DNA from: an uncultured Ignavibacteria bacterium
GTDB taxonomy: Bacteria; Bacteroidota; Ignavibacteria; Kapaibacteriales; UBA2268
NCBI GenBank assembly: GCA_903862655.1
Contig: CAIOZA010000072.1
Span: 3,926 to 67,925 of the forward strand
DNA: 64,000 nucleotides
Reading direction: 5' to 3'
In this document: positions 1 to 9,394 of the stretch, piece after piece
How the letters are laid out: every line of letters begins with the position of its first letter
Position numbering within the stretch: position 1 is the stretch's first letter
Notes under the pieces: generated by a model
Told to the model about the DNA's origin: nothing
Database searches by the model: none
What the model saw: only the letters and a program-made list of their open reading frames with translations
Position numbers and translations under genes: made by a program

Positions 1-3000
1 TGGTTTGAAACAAGTCTGATATTGGACGGAGCTGTAAGCCAAGTTTTATTGACACTGAATTGACCATCTGCATATTTGGTTATTGGAGCAGTCCCTAAAG
101 CAATGCGAGTTGCATAAACATAATATGAGCATTCTGTCAAAGAATCTGATAAAGAAATAGCATATTTTCCGAAACTCGCACTGATTCTACCGATATATTT
201 ACCAGCAAAATTATTATTTTTTGAATCGATAAAAATGTCTAGATAATCTTCTGGTTGATATCCGGTACCATCCCAACTAACATTTACATTCTTCCCGGAT
301 TGAATTGCAGTGATATCAAAACTACGATCTTTATTTAATGAATAAATGAAGATCGAGTCAGTGGGACCTGGTGCTTGTTTAATTATCCAACTGCCAACTT
401 CCGGAGCTATTAAAGCCCATTGTGCAAATGTTCCGTCCGGAGTATCAAAAAGAATTATACTAGAATCAGATTTGGTTCCTGTTATTGTTACACCAGATGG
501 TGTAATTAAAGATGAGGCAGATAGTTTCCCATTGCTGGTGAGCATAATAAAAGCTCTTTTCATATTACTCGTAACTTCGAAAGTATCAATCGCATTTGCC
601 TTCACTAACTGACCATTGGGCAGATTCTCCAAAGGAGTATCCTCTCCATATTTCCTTTTTTGCGCAGATGAAAATATCGATGGAAAAGCCCCTCCAAACT
701 TCATATATGGAGATCCATTTTTTATTCCCGCTTTAATAGATAGTGATCCATAGGTAGATATTATTGGAATTCCAGATGTTGTAACATCAACCATTCCATT
801 AAATTCTAACCCCTGAGTGCTGCTAAGCATCATTGAACTTGAAGCAGTCCCAAGTGTTTTAGGAAAGAAACCCATGGCTTTCAAATGAGTAATAAATTTC
901 CAAAAAGGACCGAATTCATCTGTATTCACTGGGTCACTTGGTATATCTGGAATTCTGACTATTGTTGCACCTGAGTTGTAAAAGTAAGAAATATCATTTT
1001 TCTTAATTTTTATGGCATCTTTATATCCACTGCCAACTGAAAGGACATAATCCTTTGCACCGAAATGAAGAGCATTAATAGAACCATCCAAAATACCAAA
1101 CTCAAATCCATCAGTTAGGTCTGCTCCAAATGTCCCGGATGCCACAACCTGCCATTTATTCGTTACACTTATTTTTTTATTTGCAAACATTCGGGCATTT
1201 ACAGTTCCGGTAATTTTTGGACCTGTGTAGGCTATGTTACCAACAATTTCTAGCTCTATTAGAGATTCCTCTCCTAAAACTTTAGTCAACCAAGGAATTT
1301 CATTCTTGATTAATGCATCATCAGACAAAAAGAATCCAGCAATTTCTGCTGTATAACCTTTCCAGGAAGTTTTGTTTGACCAACCTGATGTGGCTAAACG
1401 TAGACCAATCCATTCAAATGGAATCTCACCACATGGCATTCCTGGCTGTTTTTTTCCTTCAAAAACAAAACCATCAAAATGTCCTTTTTTAGAAGTAACT
1501 TCAATTTTGGCTTTACCTTGGAACAATTTTTGTCCGGTTTTTGCCGGGTCGGGTGTTGAATACTCAGCAGCTGAAGTAAATTTCCATGAATCTTCTATAG
1601 GTTCATATGATAATGCTACATTATCGATGCAAAATCCCGGAAATGCTGCTGTACTAAGATTTGTAGCACCAATTTCAAAGCCCTCAATTTTAACTCCATC
1701 GAGTTCCTCATTAGCAATAGTTAATCCACCAGAAAGTGATGAGAATTCAGGTTGATTAGAGTTGGTTGTGCAATTATCCTTATACAAATTTCCCCATTGC
1801 GCAGTTACTTTAAATTTAACTGCTTTGGCAAAATTCAGATCTGCAAAGCTCAATTCATCCAGAGAAAATTCAATCCCACCAATTTTTACTGCAAGAACGC
1901 CAGGTGTATCCCATTTTAGAAGATTTGCACAATTAAATGACATACCAATGCCTTTTTCAATAAGCAGTTGCTGATTTGTAGCAGCAATATTAACATTATC
2001 AATATACATTGTATAATTGCCGGTTAATCTCTCTACTCCTTTACGTGGATCTATTGTTACGGTCCCGTCAAGAGTTACAACATCATTTAGGTTTATTTTT
2101 CCTGTCGCTGATATAGTTGGTAGAGGATCATCTGATTTAAATTCGTTCCCATCACCTGCATCAAATGTCATAAGAGGACTGTTGGCACAATTATAAACCC
2201 AATAACGACCGGATACATCAAGAGTTCTTTCCACAGTATTTGAAATGACTTCCTCGCCATTAATTTTATTTTTCACATAAAATGAAACTTTATATTTGTC
2301 TGTTTTAGCATCCTTTGGAATATCAACTGTATAAACATATTGACCTTTACTGGATGTAGTCCCAACTTTTGTGTCCTTTATTTTACCCAAGTCATCTGTG
2401 ACAAATAATTCGCATCCTTTAACGCCAACATTTAATAGATTTTTGGCATAAACATTGAAATTGATTTTGCTTCCGGTATTGGTTTTAACTACGGTAGTTG
2501 GTGAAACTTCCAGAATAATACCTAAAGACATCGCCGCTTTAAAATAGCCACCTGTAACATTAGTTACAAAATCATTACCACTTGGTGGATGAGAAGTCAT
2601 ATCAAATGCAAAAGAACCGCCTAGAAGATTTTTATCAAGATCAAAATCGCTGACAAAAACTGGTGCAGTAGAGCTGAATACAATTGATGTTTTGACAATT
2701 TTTGGTTTCCCGTTTTCTGTCCATATATCCTCAAAAGTTGCATTTGAAATGGCGTAAGGTAATGAGGCTAATCCTGCGAACTTATTAATTGTGATTACCA
2801 TTGCTTGATAAGGAACATCAGTTCTACCTGTAGCAAACTGACCGGTAATCGTCAAAGTTTTATTCGCATCAATTGTTGCATAACAAGTGTCAGCACTCCA
2901 ATTTTTGGTTGCCCCTTGCCCCTTAGTTGATGTAAAAGTCATGGATGTAGATTTTTGTGCATAGCATGGCTGCACACCCACTATCAGTGAGCTGAAGATT

Positions 3001-3035
3001 ATTAAACCTAACAAAACTTGTATAATACGTCTCAT
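1..3035 (-). CDS. Large secreted hypothetical protein (partial, >1000 aa; the gene's 3' end / protein C-terminus lies beyond the window start)
   Basis: Reverse complement of 3035..2940 reads ATG AGA CGT ATT ATA CAA ... = MRRIIQVLLGLIIFSSLIVGVQPCYAQKSTSM, a classical signal peptide. The provided ORF track shows no complete ORF >130 aa on either strand in 1-3035, which fits one long minus-strand frame running off the edge. I did not translate the full length. Confidence 0.5.
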   Translation of the reverse strand, partial: MRRIIQVLLGLIIFSSLIVGVQPCYAQKSTSMTFTSTKGQGATKNWSADTCYATIDANKTLTITGQFATGRTDVPYQAMVITINKFAGLASLPYAISNATFEDIWTENGKPKIVKTSIVFSSTAPVFVSDFDLDKNLLGGSFAFDMTSHPPSGNDFVTNVTGGYFKAAMSLGIILEVSPTTVVKTNTGSKINFNVYAKNLLNVGVKGCELFVTDDLGKIKDTKVGTTSSKGQYVYTVDIPKDAKTDKYKVSFYVKNKINGEEVISNTVERTLDVSGRYWVYNCANSPLMTFDAGDGNEFKSDDPLPTISATGKINLNDVVTLDGTVTIDPRKGVERLTGNYTMYIDNVNIAATNQQLLIEKGIGMSFNCANLLKWDTPGVLAVKIGGIEFSLDELSFADLNFAKAVKFKVTAQWGNLYKDNCTTNSNQPEFSSLSGGLTIANEELDGVKIEGFEIGATNLSTAAFPGFCIDNVALSYEPIEDSWKFTSAAEYSTPDPAKTGQKLFQGKAKIEVTSKKGHFDGFVFEGKKQPGMPCGEIPFEWIGLRLATSGWSNKTSWKGYTAEIAGFFLSDDALIKNEIPWLTKVLGEESLIELEIVGNIAYTGPKITGTVNARMFANKKISVTNKWQVVASGTFGADLTDGFEFGILDGSINALHFGAKDYVLSVGSGYKDAIKIKKNDISYFYNSGATIVRIPDIPSDPVNTDEFGPFWKFITHLKAMGFFPKTLGTASSSMMLSSTQGLEFNGMVDVTTSGIPIISTYGSLSIKAGIKNGSPYMKFGGAFPSIFSSAQKRKYGEDTPLENLPNGQLVKANAIDTFEVTSNMKRAFIMLTSNGKLSASSLITPSGVTITGTKSDSSIILFDTPDGTFAQWALIAPEVGSWIIKQAPGPTDSIFIYSLNKDRSFDITAIQSGKNVNVSWDGTGYQPEDYLDIFIDSKNNNFAGKYIGRISASFGKYAISLSDSLTECSYYVYATRIALGTAPITKYADGQFSVNKTWLTAPSNIRLVSN

Positions 3036-3699
3036 GATTTCTCCAAATTATGAATGGTGAAAATTATTATTTTCTTGTAAAATCTTATTCTAAATCCTAT
3101 CCAATCGAATTCAAAATCAGCATATTAGAATATTTTGGAACTTCTATAAATTAATTCAAAAAATTAAAAATTAAAAAAAGCAAGAAAATGGGATCTCCAA
3201 GAGCAAAATGAATAATTTGAATGAAAAATCAAATTATTGAATATGTATTCTTCTGCTGATCTCAGGTGCTTCCAAAATGTAAAACAAAATTAATAATAAT
3301 ATTAGACTAAACAAATTATATTTTATTATATAGTCATCTAATTTAGGGTAGTCTAAATCATCATAACCTTCAGTCGTTTAGAGAGTTTAACATGAATAAA
3401 AGATAAATCATTTACATCTTCTAGTCTGGCATAAATGGAAATGTCTAACACACGAATTCTTATTCTTTAAAACGGTAATTGGTCATCGAATTTGTTGGGT
3501 TTGTATCACAGAATATACTAAGCTTTTCTGCCAGTAAAGTCCGACGGAGCAAGAGAGTGTTAGTTAAATGTTATTGAATTTCGCATAATGATTCGTCGAT
3601 ATGAATATAGTTAATATTTTTTATTAACGCTAAATATTATAGTAATTTTACCGAATATATATATTCAAAATTAATTTATTAAGTCATCATGGGTTTGCT

Positions 3700-4869
3700 A
3701 TGACCGAAGTTGAACGAAAAAATCTTCTTCTTATAATCGACAATTTAAAAAATTTGACAAATGCCAGGAATGATTTGGAAACAATCCTCTTTATCCCAAT
3801 AGGGAAATCCGTCTCTAAGGAAGATAAGGAACTTTATGGGGATTTATATGAAACATATAATCGCTTCCTCGAGAAGCATGCTCAAGCACAATCATATATT
3901 AAATCTCTTGCTAAGGGAGATCTAAATGCTGTGCCGCCTTCAAAGAATCTTCTTGCATCGCCTTTTAAAAACCTTCATGCAAATTTGAATCATCTTGTTT
4001 GGCAGACAAAACAGGTTGCAACTGGCGATTTGAATCAGAGAATGGATTTTATGGGAGAATTTTCTAAATCATTTAACATCCTTATTAGTTCACTGAAAGA
4101 GAAACAAAAGGTAGAGGAAGAATTAAGAGTTAATCAACAAGCACTTGAAGATTCAAATGTAACCAAAGATCGATTTCTATCTATTATTGCACATGACTTA
4201 AGAAATCCTATCGGTGCCGTGAAAAATGCTCTTGATTTTCTTAGGGATCATCCTGAAATGTTAAGTGATTCAGATACACCGGATTTCATTATTGAATTAG
4301 CTGAAACATCCAAAACCGCTTATGATCTATTGGAAAATCTTTTAACTTGGTCAAGATCTCAAAGAGGTATTATTCAATACAATCCCGAAGAAAATGATCT
4401 TTATTATCTGATGAAGGAAGTCATTCCTTTAGTTCAGATCAATGCTGACAATAAACATATAAAGCTATCAACTGATATTGAAGAAAATACTCTTATTGAA
4501 GCAGATTATAATATGGTCGCTACCGTAATAAGAAATCTGGTTACTAATGCCATAAAATTCACTAAAGAATCAGGCGAAGTAAAAATTAATGCTTATCCTG
4601 ACGAAGTAACAAAGGATAAAAATGACAAATATTTAGTTATTTCTATAGAAGACAATGGAGTAGGAATTAGCCAAGAAAATATTGGGAAATTATTTAAAAT
4701 TGACCAAAATTATACATCAGAAGGTACAAACAGAGAAAAAGGATCTGGGCTGGGCTTAATCTTATGTACTGAATTTGTTGAAAAACATAAGGGTAGAATT
4801 TGGGTAGAAAGCCAATTAAACGTTGGTAGTAAATTCAAATTTACCGTGCCATTATCAAAAACAGAATAA
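3700..4869 (+). CDS. Sensor histidine kinase (cytoplasmic, HAMP-like linker + HisKA + HATPase_c)
   Basis: H-box LSIIAHDLRNPIG, N-box VIRNLVTNAIKFT, G-boxes IEDNGVGI and GSGLGL. No N-terminal TM segments. Confidence 0.85.
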   Translation: MTEVERKNLLLIIDNLKNLTNARNDLETILFIPIGKSVSKEDKELYGDLYETYNRFLEKHAQAQSYIKSLAKGDLNAVPPSKNLLASPFKNLHANLNHLVWQTKQVATGDLNQRMDFMGEFSKSFNILISSLKEKQKVEEELRVNQQALEDSNVTKDRFLSIIAHDLRNPIGAVKNALDFLRDHPEMLSDSDTPDFIIELAETSKTAYDLLENLLTWSRSQRGIIQYNPEENDLYYLMKEVIPLVQINADNKHIKLSTDIEENTLIEADYNMVATVIRNLVTNAIKFTKESGEVKINAYPDEVTKDKNDKYLVISIEDNGVGISQENIGKLFKIDQNYTSEGTNREKGSGLGLILCTEFVEKHKGRIWVESQLNVGSKFKFTVPLSKTE

Positions 4870-4875
4870 ATTGAT

Positions 4876-5553
4876 TTATTTGTAATAAATAGTAATTAAT
4901 CCGGTAAATTGCTTAGTGTAGAAAGGTGCATTCGCTGCGAGTGTAGCGATAAAAGATAGTTTTATTGTCTTCTTCTCAAAATCATGATCGATTATATTAA
5001 CTAGTGTATTAAGTTCCATTTTACTAAATGTATAACTATCCATCATGTGTGATGATTTTTTTAATGTGATAGAGAACCAACGATTATCCACTTTTTCCTT
5101 ATCTAGTTCAAATGACTGTTCAACAGCGTTTGCTGCAAATTTAATTTCAAATTCCTTCACCCAATCCCAACGATAAGAATTTGTAAACTCTTGATCGGTT
5201 TTTGTCGTTTGCATAGCAAGAGCAAACCAAAGAAAATTGGATTTAGTCGCAGTGTCGAGAATAATTTCCTTGCTGACTATTCTTCCTTCCCAAAAAAAGT
5301 AATATTCCCTACTATTCAATTTATATTGTTCTTTTAATGTGATTCTTATCGAATCAATATTTAATTTGGTATTTATTGTGTCGGTACCACCATCAGGTAG
5401 TTTCACTGTATCTTTTGTTAAACGATATGTTTGAACATTCGGATCATAACCGAGTGAATCCTTGCAGGAATAAATCAATAATGTCATTATTCCCAGAATT
5501 AAAATAATTGGGATGAATGAGTGTGAGGTTTTATGTGATTGTATTTTGAGCAT
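4876..5553 (-). CDS. Hypothetical lipoprotein, third gene of the ECF sigma/anti-sigma module
   Basis: N-terminal hydrophobic segment followed by LIYSCKD lipobox-like Cys. Directly abuts the upstream anti-sigma-like gene (5554). Confidence 0.45.
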   Translation of the reverse strand: MLKIQSHKTSHSFIPIILILGIMTLLIYSCKDSLGYDPNVQTYRLTKDTVKLPDGGTDTINTKLNIDSIRITLKEQYKLNSREYYFFWEGRIVSKEIILDTATKSNFLWFALAMQTTKTDQEFTNSYRWDWVKEFEIKFAANAVEQSFELDKEKVDNRWFSITLKKSSHMMDSYTFSKMELNTLVNIIDHDFEKKTIKLSFIATLAANAPFYTKQFTGLITIYYK

Positions 5554-6744
5554 CTAAAAATTAAAACCTAACCCGTAAATAATGCCGATTTTGTTCGAAT
5601 TAAACGTATTGTTCTGATGTTTATAAGTTAAAACTCCAGCTTCTCCTCCAAGTATGAAAGATATGTCCTTATATGGTGAAAATTGAACTCCGATCATACC
5701 TCTAGTGACGAGTCCGGTCGCAGTTCCGCCAATCTGGCCTTGTGCTATGCCTTCAAAGCCATTTGCTCTGAAGAAAGTATACTTGCCGGATAAGGATAAT
5801 GACAAATACATAGGATTCTGACGATATTCGAACTGGTCATTTAATTCATTAGTACCTTTGTACACCTGATAAAAATTCTCCTGACGTAAATCAAGACCTA
5901 AATCAAAATTTGAAGAAATCTTATAATTTAAAGTAATTGATGTATTATTCAAAAAAGAATTTGAATAAATGGGTAAAGTAGAGCTGGGTAAAGACCAGCT
6001 TCCATTACCCTTGATTTCAAATGTTAATCCTAAATCCTTATTAATCTCTAGATTATCGGTACATGAGCTGTAAATAGGTTGATCCAGACCGTTCAGATTC
6101 GAATTATAACCTTTAGAATTCAATTGAACAGGTTTTGGTGAATAGAGAAGATTGCTCATATTTACAAATTTTGGAACATCGGGAATATTTTGAACAGGTG
6201 AATCGACTGCCGGAATATCCTTATCCTGATTCTCAGTAATGTAAACATATTTGATAATTGTTCTGACTTTTGGTGTCACTACTTCATTAGAAACTATACT
6301 TGGAACAAGATTGTTAGTCTTCAATGAACTAGTATTTGGCTTATTGATTTGATTTGCCTGGGCTGCAGTTTTCTCATCCGGTTTTGTCTCCAAAGAATGA
6401 AGCCCCAAGAATATTCCTGTGCTGATAGCCAGGGTTGCTAAACCTGCTATAATAGCTTGAGAATATGCACCAAAGAATGAAGACAATGCTGATTTACTGA
6501 CCAACGTTGCTCCGGCAATACCGGCAGCTGTTCCAATACCCAATTGCTGGAAAATGCCAATGGTAGAGGCTGATGTTGGCACAAATGCACTGATTCGCTT
6601 ATTAAAGGCTTTATCGAGAGTAATAGCTTGCTTCAGCTCGTTCCTTAGTTCGTCACTTGTAGATAAACCAAGAAAAAGCTGAGCTTCTCCAGCTTTATCA
6701 AGGGTACCTTCAAGAAATTCATGTATAAGTTGATTGTATTCCAT
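5554..6744 (-). CDS. Putative anti-sigma factor / membrane protein with beta-rich C-terminal domain
   Basis: Immediately downstream of the ECF sigma gene. N-terminal approx. 50 aa soluble region, then a Gly/Ala-rich TM helix (GIGTAAGIAGATLV...IIAGLATLAISTGIFLGL). The long periplasmic part ends in ...IIYGLGFNF (aromatic terminus). Paralog of 26623..27828. Confidence 0.5.
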   Translation of the reverse strand: MEYNQLIHEFLEGTLDKAGEAQLFLGLSTSDELRNELKQAITLDKAFNKRISAFVPTSASTIGIFQQLGIGTAAGIAGATLVSKSALSSFFGAYSQAIIAGLATLAISTGIFLGLHSLETKPDEKTAAQANQINKPNTSSLKTNNLVPSIVSNEVVTPKVRTIIKYVYITENQDKDIPAVDSPVQNIPDVPKFVNMSNLLYSPKPVQLNSKGYNSNLNGLDQPIYSSCTDNLEINKDLGLTFEIKGNGSWSLPSSTLPIYSNSFLNNTSITLNYKISSNFDLGLDLRQENFYQVYKGTNELNDQFEYRQNPMYLSLSLSGKYTFFRANGFEGIAQGQIGGTATGLVTRGMIGVQFSPYKDISFILGGEAGVLTYKHQNNTFNSNKIGIIYGLGFNF

Positions 6745-6756
6745 TTTCTAAGTCGA

Positions 6757-7323
6757 TTATTTATTAGATAATTCTTTTAAGTAAGGATCCAGTAAATCTT
6801 TCATTTTATGTTTTCCGGTAAAAACCAAATATCTTGCTCTTGCCGCAGTTATTTCGAGAACTTCTGCAATATCATCATAAGGCATATCATTAAAAAACCG
6901 CATAATAATAGGTTCACGATATTCAATGTCCAGTAAGTCTAATGCTCTCATCAATAAATCGGATAATTCAGTTTCTTCATAAGATACACCATCTTGATAA
7001 ATGAGATCATAATCATTAATCGAAATCGTATTCTTTGCATCGCGCTTTACGTTCAAACATAGATTCCGAGCTATTGTTATTAGGAACCCAATTATTGTTC
7101 CTCTTTCATATTCAGATTGAACTTTCTGATAAAACCTGATAAAAGTTTCCTGAAAAACATCTTCTGACATTTGCCTGTCATTCAAAATCGTCCGGATATA
7201 AGCATTAATGCGGATACCATAACGATCATATATCTCTCCGAAAGCTGTATCTGAGTCAGGCTTAGCCCCTTTCAGAATTTTAATCAGCTCTTCGTCAGTA
7301 TATTTTGAAAAATCTTTCCGCAT
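6757..7323 (-). CDS. ECF (sigma-70 family, group IV) RNA polymerase sigma factor
   Basis: Region 2 (DVFQETFIRFYQK, ITIARNLCLNVKR) and region 4 (DIAEVLEITAARARYLVFTGKHKM). Size 188 aa. Confidence 0.85.
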   Translation of the reverse strand: MRKDFSKYTDEELIKILKGAKPDSDTAFGEIYDRYGIRINAYIRTILNDRQMSEDVFQETFIRFYQKVQSEYERGTIIGFLITIARNLCLNVKRDAKNTISINDYDLIYQDGVSYEETELSDLLMRALDLLDIEYREPIIMRFFNDMPYDDIAEVLEITAARARYLVFTGKHKMKDLLDPYLKELSNK

Positions 7324-7482
7324 TATAAATCGATACTTTAATAACTACACTAAAAGTAATGTTCTGTTAGAAATGAAACAATATTCAAAAGGTTACAAAA
7401 TTAATAATTATTCTTGCAAAATATTTACTAGAAATTAATTAAATTTGAAAAATTAAAATTAATCTTTTATAGCAGACTAATT

Positions 7483-8223
7483 ATGCACTATTTTATTTCG
7501 GATATTCATTTAGGAATTTTAGAAAGAGAAGCTGATAAGCATCGTGAAAGTTTATTGCTGGATTTTTTGGATAAAATCAAAGAAGACGCGAAATCACTTT
7601 ACATAGTTGGAGATTTATTTGATTATTGGTTTGAGTACAAATCTGTGATACCGAAATACTATTATAAAGTTTTAGCAAAATTAGCTGAAATTAATAAATT
7701 CGGGATTGATATCATTTATCTTATGGGCAATCACGATTTCGGTCATTTTGACTTTTTTGAGAAAGAATTAGATATTCATGTTTACAAGGAAGATTTGGAA
7801 ACCATTATCGATGGAAAGAAGTTTTATCTGTCGCACGGTGACGGTAAAGCATACAATGATGCAGGATACCGTTTGATGAAAAAAATTCTAAGACATCCTC
7901 TATCAAACAGTTTCTTTAGACTCATACATCCTGATTTCGGAATTAATCTTGCATCATCCTCGTCAAAATCAAGCAGATCCTATACAGATTCCAAAGATTT
8001 TAGCGTGAGAGAAGGTTTGGAGGATTTTGCAGAAGATATGATTAAGCGTGGATTCGATTTTGTAATCATGGGACACCGCCACAAAATAAATTTTAAACAA
8101 TACGAGGACGGAATATACGTTAATCTTGGAGATTGGATAAAGCCCGATCCAATTTTTGGTAAATTCGATGGTATCGAATTTAAATTGGTAAAAGTGAAAG
8201 AATTTTTATCTAATCATTTATAG
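7483..8223 (+). CDS. lpxH: UDP-2,3-diacylglucosamine pyrophosphatase LpxH-like calcineurin-type metallophosphoesterase
   Basis: Motifs align with E. coli LpxH: ISDIHLG, YIVGDLFDYWFE, GNHDF, HGDG...NDAGYRLM, GHRHK, LGDW. Confidence 0.7.
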   Translation: MHYFISDIHLGILEREADKHRESLLLDFLDKIKEDAKSLYIVGDLFDYWFEYKSVIPKYYYKVLAKLAEINKFGIDIIYLMGNHDFGHFDFFEKELDIHVYKEDLETIIDGKKFYLSHGDGKAYNDAGYRLMKKILRHPLSNSFFRLIHPDFGINLASSSSKSSRSYTDSKDFSVREGLEDFAEDMIKRGFDFVIMGHRHKINFKQYEDGIYVNLGDWIKPDPIFGKFDGIEFKLVKVKEFLSNHL

Positions 8224-8313
8224 AATACCTGTCGATAATCAATTTTTAACTTTTTTTTATTGAGAATAAGTTAAAAAATTATAATATATGAACTTTTTCC
8301 CATAAGGTGCAAC

Positions 8314-9276
8314 ATGAAAAAGATTGGTATTCTTACTGGTTCCGACGATGTATTTCCATCAGCTATTCTAGACCATATCAACGAAAAAATGATGAGCAAA
8401 GCCTCGGCAGAGTTCATTAAACTTGGAATTGTCAGGATAGATGATCTCAGCGAATATGACATTATTCTTGATTTAGTTACATCAGAAATTCCATATTATC
8501 ATTCATATCTGAAACATGCCTGTTTATCCGGTGTTACGGTTATTAATAATCCATTTCTTTGTTCAGCTAACGATAATTTCCTTTTAGTTAAATTTGCTGA
8601 GCAGCTTGGTATTGATACTTTAAAATCAGCTATTCTCCCAACTAAAGAAAGACCTCAGGGAACTCATTCAGAGCACTTTCGAAACATGATTTTCCCAATT
8701 GTCTGGGAGGAAATATTTGACTACATCGGTTTCCCTGCTGTTATCAAACCCAATTCAGGAATAAGTATAAATCATTCATTCATTGTGTACAATCCCGAAG
8801 AGTTTCATAATGTTTACGATTGCTCAGGTTCAAGAGTAATGATGATGCAGGAATCTGTAGATTATGATGAAACTTTTAGATGTTTTGTAATCGGCAATAA
8901 AGTTCTGACGGTTTATTATGATGCCAGAAAACCTGTACACATGCGTTTTTACAATGGAGAACATGTGATTCCAGTGAAAATCAGAAAAACAATCGAAGAT
9001 GTGAGTTTAAAATTCACTCGCGCAGTAGGGCTTGATTTTAATGCTGTGGATTTTGTTCTAAAGGGAAAAACACCTTATCCGATTGATTTTATTAATGCAC
9101 CTCCCAAGATAGATCATACTCACATGCCTCCAAATGTATTTAGTTGGCTGCTTGAAATGTTATCGGATATGCTCGTTAATAAAATCAAAAATAATGCAAA
9201 TGTCCCCGTCGGAATTTTCACATTGCCTAAAGAAACAAAGACAGTAAAGGAAACCAAGAAAGCAAAATTAAATTAA
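8314..9276 (+). CDS. ATP-grasp-like hypothetical protein
   Basis: Central region FPAVIKPNSGISINHSF...VMMMQESVDYDETFRCFVIGNKV resembles the ATP-grasp fold (RimK/glutathione-synthetase-like). No closer assignment possible by eye. Confidence 0.35.
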   Translation: MKKIGILTGSDDVFPSAILDHINEKMMSKASAEFIKLGIVRIDDLSEYDIILDLVTSEIPYYHSYLKHACLSGVTVINNPFLCSANDNFLLVKFAEQLGIDTLKSAILPTKERPQGTHSEHFRNMIFPIVWEEIFDYIGFPAVIKPNSGISINHSFIVYNPEEFHNVYDCSGSRVMMMQESVDYDETFRCFVIGNKVLTVYYDARKPVHMRFYNGEHVIPVKIRKTIEDVSLKFTRAVGLDFNAVDFVLKGKTPYPIDFINAPPKIDHTHMPPNVFSWLLEMLSDMLVNKIKNNANVPVGIFTLPKETKTVKETKKAKLN

Positions 9277-9296
9277 CTATCTTTTTTAATGTATTT

Positions 9297-9340
9297 ATGG
9301 TTGTACTATTTCACAAAATGCTACAACCATTTTTTTTTCT
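9297..9340 (+). terminator. Rho-independent terminator after 8314..9276
   Basis: Stem atggttgta / tacaaccat (9 bp) with a 16-nt loop, followed by TTTTTTTTT. Confidence 0.55.
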
Positions 9341-9394
9341 ACACGCTTTTTTTTGTAATTTGCATAGTTATAAATAAATGGTAGTATAAGGTTT

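Noticed and set aside
346-1974. Plus-strand ORFs 346..612, 1372..1755, 1762..1974 from the ORF track
   Set aside because: They lie antisense inside the long minus-strand secreted-protein gene (start 3035, signal peptide verified). They have no RBS or recognisable domains and are most likely spurious.
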